From Octopus bimaculoides (lineage: Eukaryota), in assembly GCF_001194135.2 (NCBI RefSeq), contig NC_068983.1, forward strand, positions 35,641,969 through 35,705,968: a stretch of DNA of 64,000 bases, given 5' to 3'. Positions within the stretch are counted from its first letter, which is position 1, and each line of letters starts with the position of its first letter. Both the position numbers and the translations under genes were made by a program. The notes under the pieces are model-generated. The model was not told the origin of the DNA, ran no database searches, and saw only the letters and a list, made by a program, of their open reading frames with translations. Positions 53,341 to 64,000 of the stretch are shown piece after piece.

Positions 53341-56300
53341 TGAGCTTTTTTCAGTTTCCGTCTACCAAATCCACTCACAAGGCTTTGGTTGGCCCGAGGC
53401 TATAATAGTAGACACTTGCCCAAGGTGCCACGCAATGGAACTGAACCCACAACCATGTGGTTGGGAAGCAAGCTTCTTACCACACAGCCACGCTGCGCCT
53501 GGTGATATTTGAATTCTGGATATCATTTCTGCCAACTCCTAAATTTCTACAGTCAAGTTTTGTGTTTATAAAATCTCAGACAACAAACTCAATACAGTCT
53601 GCAAACAATTTGTTTAGATTTTTGTGTAGTTGAGTTTTGCCAAGTGTCAAAAATATGTTTTAAATCTTGCAACAATGTTACTCACAATAGACTAGATATC
53701 TTAATTTTCCATGTAAACATGTTATTTAGCCCCTGGTCAGACCTGGTTATGGCAACCTTGATCAACAATCACACCAACTGTTTTTTTTTTTTTGTTATTC
53801 AAACCCAGTGCTTTTAGGATCACATTATCTGATGGTTCTTTTCTTTTTAAGATGGATGTTAAATGATGATAAAGATGGTAGAATGTGATTTAACCCTTTT
53901 GAACTCAACCCACCAGAACCTGCCCCTTTTTCTACAATACAAAATCACTGCTTTAAAGTGATCTAAAAGCCATCCATCAAAATTCAGTGTTAATTTATAG
54001 TTGAAACACTCACTTAATAACAACTAAGTTATTTTAATAAATCCTTTATTATTTTCAAAATTAACTGAAAGCAAAGCAGTGTATTTCAACAAAAATATGG
54101 CAGCAAACAGATTAAAAAAGATTTTGTTATTTCTAACATGCTGAATGACAATGATAGAGAGATTGTCTCTCACACTGGTTTGCAGTAAACATGTAGAAAG
54201 TCTAGGCTTGTCCATTAAGCCAGTGAATTTATTGGTATTTCAGCACCACTAATTTGTTTTGCTGCAGCTTATGACTGAGTTTCATCAAAGGACAAGGTAG
54301 TTTTTGATTTTATTGAACATACTGCATTACTATAAATCACTGCACTTCCTAAATACACACTTAGCTTTGTCTTGAAGTGGAAACAGAATTTATTTATTAC
54401 CACTACAGGCTGGGAAGTCCTTCAACTTTTTCAAAACTTATTCACAGACGATGCTTTTTAGCAAACAAAACCCAGGCTGTTGTTAATTTACTGACGAATT
54501 GTCACATACTCAGTATGAGATATTGAGTACACACACATATGCTTTCATTGTTTTACTAGTTTCAGTCATTGGAATGTTGCCCTGCCAGAACACTGCCTCC
54601 AAAAGTTTAGTTTTTGCTAACAGGCATTATATTTAAAAGACATAAGACTACTGCCACTTATTCCTCCTCTCTGTGCTCTGAGTTCAAACTCCACCAAGGT
54701 CAATTTTGTCTTTCATCCTTTCAGGGTTGATAAAAATAGTACCAACCCAGAACATTGGAGTGATAGAACTGCAAAAATATCAAACCAGATGTCTGGTGGT
54801 ATTTGTCTCAATTTCTTGTGTTCTTCAATTCAAATCTTACCATCTCCTACCTGGGTGATGGACTTAATCCATCACCAACTTTAACACTACCACCTGGCAC
54901 TTTGGGTACTTTTAGCTGAAACTACTCTGTTGCAAACATTCAGGAAGGTCTCTGATTGAAGAATAACTCTCTCCTTCTCTCTCTCCCTCTAGTTTCAAGG
55001 ACCTTGTAAAGAATTTTGAGAACTGCCTCCCCTCTTGAGTAAAAGATAAAAAAATAATTAATTTGACATGATAAAAGAATCATATGAGAGAGCAAAGATA
55101 ATTTGAGGAAACAACAGTTCCCCTGATAGAATTTGAACAGCATATCTTCCACACACAGAGTGTGATATTTGTTTGTTATTCAACTGAATGAGAGGATGCA
55201 TGTCCTAGTGGTTAGGGCATTGCACTTGCAAATTGTGAGATCATAGTTTTAATTCCTGGACTGGATGGTGTTTTTGTTTCCAATCTTCCATGGGAACATG
55301 AGGAGATATTACCTTAGTCGGAAACAGGTGACGGTTGGCAACTGAAAGAGGATCCAGCCATAGAAAATTTGTTTTAATAAATTTCATCCAACACATGCAA
55401 GCATGGAAAAGTGGATGCTAAACCAATGTTGTTGATGATGATGAAAACAATGTTATTTTCTGCATAACTTTCACAGCAGTCTGCATCTATTCACTTTTGA
55501 CTGTTCAATATCTAATTCAGTGCACAACTGGCAGCAATAATAATGCAGCAACCAGTCAGTGAAAAAGATGAGCAAGCTGTTTAAAATAAGCAGGGCAGAC
55601 TAAGCAAAAGAAAAACATGAAATTCAAGTAGATAGATCTGAGAAATTTTGAAATACAATACAGAGAGGACCTGTATAGTCTATACAGACATAAAAAAATG
55701 GACTTAAAATTAATTATGTTGTTGACTTTACATTTCTAAATATTAATTAATATTACTATGTACCTACTTATTAACTGTATTGCTGTCTGCACCTGCAGTT
55801 AATGATACTGTACTGAGTAATTAGATCAAGTAGTCTTTACTTTGCAGACCCCCACTTTCTTCTCGTAAACTCATTACTAGTAAAATGTACACTAAAAGAC
55901 CCTCTGGAAATAAGGACAAAACCAACTAGCATAATCTTTCATCTTTTTTTTTTTTTTTACTTATTTTGGTTACTAGAATGCAACCATGCTGGAGCATTGC
56001 CTTGAAGGATTTTGGTAAAAAAAAAAAATCAACTCCAGTACTTATTTTTCATTTAAGTCTGGTACATATTCTGTCTCTTTTGCCAAAACGCTATGTTATG
56101 GGGATATAAACAAACCAACACCAATTGCCAAGAAGTGATGGAAACAAATGCATGCACACACGTGCACACAAACAGGCTTCTATAAGTTCTATCAAAATCA
56201 AGCACAAAGCATTAGTTGGTTCAGGGTTATAGAAAACACTTGCTCAAGGTGCCACACAAGGGGATTGAACCTAGAACTACTTGATTGCAAAGCAAGCTTG

Positions 56301-59025
56301 TTAACCACACAACCATGCCAGTGTCTGTGCACTGTCACGTTTGTGTCTAAGAGAGAGAGAAAAAAAAGAATGGACAAAGCGGTGGGTTTATTGAATGATG
56401 CTATCAGAAGCCCATGACCATTTTCAGGGCTTTTGAGACTGGTGAGAGGAACAGAGGAAGTTATGGCCAGACTAGACACATGGCCTGAATGCTTGCAGCA
56501 GAGCAGACTCTGTTGAAGGCACTCCAGGACCAGGTGGTGGCATTGGTGGTATTAAAGCAGTTGACAAGAGATTTGTTAAGTGTAGATGATGCAGTAAAAC
56601 AAAAGGACATGGCACAACAATTACAGGGTGATGGAAAATGAAAGCTTGTCTATCAAACATAACTGGCACTCTGTTGGTGATGCTGATGAGGGTTCCAGTT
56701 GATCCTATTAAGAGAATAGCCTGATCACGAAATGAATGTGCAAGTGGCTGAGCACTCCATAGACACATGTATTCTTAATGTTGTTCTGAGGGAGATTCAG
56801 TGTGACACAGAATGTGACAAGGCTGGCTCTTTGAAATACAGGTACTACTCATTTTTGCCAGCTGAATGGACTGCAGCAATCTGAAATAAAATGTCTTGCT
56901 CAAGAACACAAAACACTACTGGAAATTGAACTTGACGACATAACAATCATGAGCCAAATAGCCTAACCACCTATCAAACATAATGAATGCTTGTCCATCA
57001 GATATAGTAAAAACTTCTTCGACAGACACAGTGGAGGCTTGTCCACCAGACAGTACAGTGAGGACATGTTCATCAGGCACAGTTAAGACTTGTCTGTCAC
57101 ATATAGCAAAATCTTAAACAGTCTGGCATCTGTGTAAAATTATGATTGTGTGTTCTTGTACAAGAGAATGTACAGGATTGTATCACTGTAATTCAACTGT
57201 GTTAAAATAAATATAAGTCTTTATATGATATATTGGTAGCTACTAGGGTTACACATAACGATGTCATTACAAAAACAGAATGTAAAACAAGAAAATCTGT
57301 AATATTTATTGATTTATCCTGAGCAATAATAATTATCTATCTCCACATCATATACTTAGCTCAAATTAGTTTCACTAATTAAGGTGTGAACACTGCAAAT
57401 TGTGTGAATTCAAAAAGAAGTGAGAATACTATGAAAGCTATCAATAATCATGAAAAAGAAAAAAAATCCATTATTTGCTAATCAAGAGTTAGGATGCCAG
57501 ACATAACGGGTTAAGAGTTCATATTCTGTCACCAGCATGGCATTATACATGTGGCCAAGAAATTTGTAATTTAATACCCCAATCTTCTTAGCTGTAAATA
57601 GATACCACCACAGACTGCAATGATGGTTTTTGTTGCTTCAATAAACAGCAGCAGAGCATATGAGTTGATGAGAGAAAGCTTCTATGTGGTTGCTTAATCT
57701 GCTAAAAATAGCAACCAAATTCTCCTCATCACACCCTCCAATGCCAAAGAGTACTAGAAGATGTAGTCAAGAAAAGAAAAAGACTGGCTAGTCATGATTA
57801 TGAAGCCTATTATTCAAGGTCTGTTGGATCAGAGCAGACTTTGTGATGAACAACAACACTAAAATTCCAAAATGTTATGGTGATGAGTTCAAATCTTCCT
57901 GTGGGTGTGGTTAGAAAAAAGACAGATCCTACTTGATCTCATTCAGATGTTGGCAGGGTTGCTAACCCATTGATGGCTACTACAGATTATGAATAGTCAA
58001 GAATCATTAACCTGACAACAACAAACAGAATGATTAACAAAAGAATCATTGAGAGCATGAAGCTATACGGCACTTATTATAGAGGAATAATAAACTAATT
58101 AATTAACTACACCACAGCTGGTGTAACTATAACAAGTCTAAGCACCACAGCAGGTGTGACTATAACATTAGCTATCACAAAGTGTAACTATACCAAAAAG
58201 TGTAAACACTACAAATTGTGTGACTCTAGCAAGAGGTGTGATAATAGCATGTGTAAATGTTATCAGCAACCAGGAAAACAAAACCGGATAAGATAAAGTC
58301 GTTGTCCCTACATAGTTACTTGACATTCAAGAATAAGCAGACATATCTCCTCCCAAATTTTCTGTGCCATTTGTTGAGTATATAAACTGATAGGCTGCTT
58401 GTTTCTCTGCAATTCATCAACTTGATGTAGATACCTCTGATGAGAAATCAATAAGATTTGAAAATCAATTAAGGTTGGTCATCATTTTTTACAATCTACT
58501 GAGAAACAGCCAAATTAGCCCTGTTTATAAAGGTACAATATAGGTCACACACAGACATACGTACTAGATACAGCTCATCGTTGCCTTACAACCTATCTGA
58601 CTTATGGCTGATTGACTTTATGATGATTGGTGCGCCAGCACCCGGCAGCAATAATAGTCCAGTGGAAATCTAATGGGTTTAATTTCTTAGAAATTAACCC
58701 GTCTACGGATGATGTCATCTAACAAATGTTTCCCCTAGGTTTGGTTATTGATCACCACTGTGTTGGATGACTATCCTGTCATGGAGACATCGAGGCAACC
58801 GCGTATTTTTTAATAAGATGACTGCTTGAGACTCCAAAATTTTTGACTAACACCAGTATAATAGTATAATACAGAATGCTGTGTGTGACTTTTACCTGAG
58901 AATGTACCTTAAGAATGTAAAAATATAAAACAAAGCTATGTAGGATTATAGGCCAACTTACCAGTTAGTCAGAACCAATTGTGGTTGTAAGTCAATGATG
59001 ACCTGTAAATTAGTTCTGAATATTG

Positions 59026-59405
59026 TTGGCACTCCGTCGCTTACGACGTCGAGGGTTCCAGTTGATCCGATCAACGGAACAGCCTGCTTGTGAAATTAAT
59101 GTGCAAGTGGCTGAGCACTCCACAGACACATGCACCCTTAACGTAGTTCTCGGGGATATTCAGCGTGACACAGTGTGACAAGGCTGACCCTTTGAATTAC
59201 AGGCACAACAGAAACAGGAAGTAAGAGTGAGAGAAAGTTGTGGTGGAAGAGTATAGCAGGGTTCGCCACCATCCCCTGCCGGAGCCTCGTGGAGCTTTAG
59301 GTGTTTTCGCTCAATAAACACTCACAACGCCTGGTCTGGGAATCGAAACCGTGATCCTATAACCGCGAGTCCACTGCCCTAACCACTGGGCCATTGCACC
59401 TCCAC
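59026..59405 (-). mobile_element. Young CpG-rich tRNA-derived SINE (related 3' halves at about 2865-3160 +, 11530-11890 -, 56670-56965 -)
   Basis: The minus-strand head gtgcaatggcccagtggttagggcag...ggtttcgattccc has A/B boxes. The 3' part gagtgctcagccacttgcac...gatcaactggaaccctc is shared with other copies. Confidence 0.75.
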
Positions 59406-59869
59406 AGTTCTGAATATAATCTGTTAGGAAAGAAGTTGGTCATGGCTGGGTTGTCAGTCAAATGATGAAAATATGACACGCAATAGCTGAACAACAACAA
59501 TAAACAAGAACCAAGCCAATAGGGACTCGATAAGTCACTTTCACCAGCTAGATATAGCAGTCACATCTCCCTCACATATGCTGCCATCTTAAAAATAAGT
59601 GTCTAAAAATCAAATGCAATGGTCATGGCTGGAACCCCTTTGATCCTAAGGCTGACCTAGGGATAAGCAACAACCGTGACAGAATAAATAAAAGCCATCC
59701 ATTTTACTTTGAAGGATACACAAGAGTTTTAGAAAGCATTTTTTTTACAAAAAGAAAGCAATAACCATGTTGATGGATCTTGTTAATTCCTGACAATATG
59801 CCAGTTTATCAGAAGTGCTATTTATCAATGTAAATAAAGTATCTCACAAACTTCTTGACAACTTCCAGG

Positions 59870-59870
59870 A

Positions 59871-59911
<41 letters not shown>

Positions 59912-59915
59912 GAGA
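59870..59915. repeat. (TAGA)n microsatellite
   Basis: Direct inspection. Confidence 0.95.
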
Positions 59916-62169
59916 GAGGGGCGGAGGAAGGTGGAGGTAGGTGAAATGACACTGTTTAATTGGTGAGAGATAAAGCTATGGATAGTTGTACTGGGCAGAA
60001 TTAGAGACATTCTGTGATCAAATCTATCATAAAATATGTGACTTGGCACTGTCTTCTGAACATTCAATGTTGACACCTCATTCAATCCGCTGCTACAACA
60101 TATCAGACAACATTATTAATTTGTCGATGAAGATGGGTGGATGCAGTTATGATTAAAGCAGCAATGATGGCATTGATTATGTTTCAGCTCTGTAATGATG
60201 ATGGCCATAGTTATAATAGTGGTGAAAGGGCGGATGGTCATGTTACTGATGTCAATAGTGATAGTAACAATAGAAGAATCAGTAGTGACAGACAAAATAT
60301 TTGGTGCTATTCAATTACATACCTTTACTGAGTTCAAATTCCATACCTTTCTAATTAACTTTTTCAGGATAGCTAAAATTGGGTCAGGTCAAATAATGAG
60401 CTCTATCAATATTTTCAACTAGATTCTTCCTCAAATAATAGTAGGGCTGATGATGGAAGTAGTTGTTAGTGTTACTTATGTTAATGGTAGTGGCAATGTT
60501 CTAGTAGTTTAGCCCTAGGCAAGCTCTGAATGAGCAGACCTATGTTCAAAGGCATTCCAACCATGAAAATCTCACCATGTTTTCAAATATTATATATATC
60601 TAGGACTACAATAACCAATATGCCCTTTCTTTTACCGCTTTTCTATTTTTTAAGATGGAAGTGTTAGGATTCAAGAGGACTTAGCTGCTATTTCTAGCTG
60701 ATTGAGCAACTGCATAGATTCCCTTCATTGACTTATAATGGCAAAGTTGTTGTTGCTTTTTAACTTGAGGTCATTCCTGATACAACAAACTTATGCGATA
60801 ATTTTTAGGGGTGTATTGAACTACCTTATCTTATGTGTCTTCTTTTCAAGATGGTTGGTGTGATATGAAGGAGATTTGGCTGCTATATCTTGCAGATAGA
60901 GTGACCACATATAATCTCTCTCATTTAACATTCATTGAATGACGATGAAGAGGTGTTCTGTAATGGTACCATCAATGCCGGAGGTTGTTTCCAGTTTTAA
61001 AGATTAAAATAATAAAGATGATACCAAGAGGAAATGGATAACCACAGTAGCAATGAAATAGCTGCTAGCTACAAGGATGATAAGCCTAAAGGTCTTTAGA
61101 TGCTAATATATATAATTAACCCAAACATTATTGACATAGAAACATCAAAGTTAAACCATCACTATATTCAGAGTGAAGATAAGCCCAGCCACTGTGGGGA
61201 ATATATCTGGCTTCTTGACATGCTAGAAATAAATGTCAAATCTCTTTTGAATTACTCCTTTCCTGCCTTAAAAAAAAGGAAAGATACATTGGATAATTTA
61301 AAACTAAATACACAATATATGAAATAAAGAAGAGGTTTTAATAATTTGAAATGATTTGTTTACATATCAGCTCCAAGAGTGCGTCTAATATGTAAATTCG
61401 TATATCCAATAACTTACCACCGCTGTATGCGATGGCTATATAAGCAATGTGTTCGGAGGTGAGAATGGATTAGATGAGTGCTGATGAAGAGGCAATAACC
61501 CCTGAAATATGGCATATACACTCATTACATATTTTTGTCTTCATTCTCATTGTTTGCTTACATCCAACGTCTCGATATGAAACATTATAGCAAAAATCAG
61601 TGTTAGCTATTGTGCCTTTATTGCCTACAGGGGGATAAGCATAGAGGGGACAAACAAGGACAGACAAAGGGATTAAGTCGATTACATCGACCCCAGTGCA
61701 TATCTGGTGCTTAATTTATTGACCCCGAAAGGATGAAAGGCAAAGTCAACCTCGGCAGAATTTGAATCCAGAACATAACGGCAGACAAAATACCGCTGAG
61801 CATTTCGCCCAGCGTGCTAACGTTTCTGCCAGCTCACTGCCTTCAAAAGTGATATTGATCTGAATTAGCCGATGTTGCTTCAGTTCTGCTCTTTCAGGAA
61901 TATATATTCATTTGGCTCTCATCCATTGCTCACTGATCTCCAAATTCTTCTCAGCTCAGAAAATGAAATGTTAGTTTTTACATCCTTAATTATGATACTA
62001 ATTTCTTTCTAGCCCCACTCACCTCCCCATACACTCTGACCGTATCTCTCTGGTCATAGCCAGAGAACTGCATGTGGTGCCTAAAGTCTTGTACACAACT
62101 CTTTATTTTGTAGGGTTCGTGTGGGGGAGGGGGTACATTGTTCATTACCCTAACTAAATCCATTTAGTT

Positions 62170-62375
62170 GAGCAATCTATGGTTACCTTGATACTCTGGT
62201 GGATGGAGTTAGCTACGCACTGGATGTTCTCCATCATATTCCTCTCAGCTTCCTTGGTACAACTGCATGGAATTGTCCTAACTAGAATATTAATATCATC
62301 TGCATACCTACAGTTTAGTAATACAGCTGTAGAGTGTTCATCTGGGGATTGTCTAAATTTTCTGTCCCTCTAGGT
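62170..62375 (-). mobile_element. Penelope-like element reverse transcriptase fragment
   Basis: The minus strand reads CRYADDINILVRT followed (frameshifted) by NMMENIQCVANSIHQSIKVTID, resembling the PLE RT motif 'YxDD...iaNsIhpsIqltiD'. Confidence 0.5.
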
Positions 62376-62894
62376 CAGTGTAAATCTTGTATATATCTAT
62401 GTATACATTAATAAAGATAATTTTACACATGAACTCACATAAAAAATCTTGCAAACCAAATCCAAAAACGAAACATAGTTTAAAATGATGAATATTGAGT
62501 AATCTAAGGATGAAAGGAAATAAAGAAAATTAGATGGGGACAAATCCTGAAATATGATACAAACAACTTGTACAGTTGCTTAATCCCATGTCAACCCAGG
62601 TCCTGCAGACATGTAAGCAAATACATTGCAACTATATTTAGCCATATTTTTTTTTTCTTTTGAAAGACAGTGTATCTAGGACTACATCTAGTTTATCTTT
62701 TTTTTTTCTTTCTATTTTATGATGTAGGGTATGATTTGAAGGTGATTTGGCAGTTATTTGTAGTACGCTAAATAACAGTGAAGAAACTTATTCAATTAAC
62801 TCAAGATAACCTACGTAACATATGCAGATATAGAAAAATATACTTAAAAGTAATTATGGCATTAACTCTACTCCGAAATAACAATTTATAACTG

Positions 62895-63005
62895 AATATC
62901 CATTTAAATGGTTAAATATCTACTTACACTGCTAAATATGTACTTATACTGCTAAATATCCATTTATATTGCTAAATATCAATTTACATGCCTAAATACC
63001 TACTT
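62895..63005. repeat. About 19-bp degenerate tandem repeat (ctgctaaatatctacttaca-like), 5-6 units
   Basis: Repeated gctaaatat cores at roughly 19-nt spacing. Confidence 0.75.
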
Positions 63006-64000
63006 ACTACCAAGGACTATATAGTCTGCACCTGCAGTTAGAAAATTTGTACTGAATATTTACACCAGTAATCTTTTTCCGCTCTAAAAACATTTTTCTC
63101 CTTTCACCTCTTTAAATGAATACCAGTCAGTATGTAGTACATAAAAAATCTCCTGCCAAAAAGATAAGGACCAAAGTAACTAGGGTAGTTTATCTTAAAA
63201 GTATTATTAGCTCAATCAAACGAGTTTGACCCACATTAAAGCAGCCTGACCTACATTATGAGTTCCAACATTGAATAGCTGGTTCTCTTATCACCTCACT
63301 TTTGCTTACTGACACAAAATGAAATTAATTTTTGTCAGCAACTCTTCCCAAATTTCTGTTAATGAATTCAACGAATTCATAGGAATCAAGTTTCTGAAGC
63401 AGGTGGAAGTGTGTTCAAATCATGTCAACAATAATGTTTTAAGATATTTAAAAACAGAAAGAAAAAAAACTCTCAAAGACATTACAAATTCATTAAAAAT
63501 CATTATTTAATAGTAAAGGAGCTTACTCTCACCTAAAAACTTATGTTCAATTTTCAGGTAAAATCTAGAATCCAAAGAAACTGATGATATAATCAATATC
63601 ATCCTTTAATGTCTATTTTCCATGCTGGTATGAGTTAGTCTGGCAAGATTGAGCAAACCACAGAGCTGTACTGTCAGCTTTGGTGTGGTTACAGTGGCTG
63701 GATGCCCTTCCAAATATCAACCACTTTACAGAGAGTACTGGGTGCTTTTTATTTGTGCCACTGGCATTAGCAAGGTTGTCAAGAAATATACAAGACAAAA
63801 AGGAAAAAAGAAAAGATCTCATGACTAGATGGGGGAAACAATTCTACAAGAGAATTCTGGGAAGAGTTGGTTAAAAATTCCATTCCTTAGAAGAAAGAAG
63901 AACCTAAGGATTTGAATTTTTGTCTTTGCAAGCTATTAAAAATGTTGCCTAAGTAATAACACCTTTCTTTCTCTCCCTAACTCTCAGATGAATGGTAAAG

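Noticed and set aside
59330-59405. tRNA-like sequence (also other SINE heads)
   Set aside because: It continues directly into a SINE body and lacks a proper cloverleaf; not a tRNA gene.
63319-63510. ORF with KTLKDITN resembling a Tc1 transposase N-terminus
   Set aside because: Too short and degenerate, with no TIRs or DDE motif seen.
63961-64000. Plus-strand pyrimidine tract + cag|ATGAATGGTAAAG at the window edge
   Set aside because: Only 13 nt lie beyond the putative acceptor, so it cannot be evaluated.

Overview
Eukaryotic, AT-rich, repeat-dense DNA with six N-gaps. The SINE, microsatellite and LINE content is typical of an octopus (coleoid cephalopod) draft scaffold; this is inferred from repeat character, not a database hit. 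Almost all long ORFs in the supplied track are microsatellite or N-gap artefacts. The real coding signal is a minus-strand C-terminal Src kinase (Csk)-like gene. It has the second SH3 exon (31457-31557) followed by two diverged, intact SH2 exons (A: 27746-27971, B: 19587-19806). The two SH2 exons have identical splice phases and cannot both be included in frame, so they look mutually exclusive. Exon A is flanked by a phase-compatible candidate alternative first exon (29397-29488) and a candidate terminal exon (26351-26476), which would give kinase-less SH3-SH2 or SH2-only products. A disabled copy of a Csk kinase-domain exon (catalytic loop destroyed) lies out of order upstream at 53251-53340. 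The rest is tRNA-derived SINEs, RTE/CR1/Penelope fragments, a Helitron, hAT and piggyBac-type MITEs, foldback hairpins and simple repeats.
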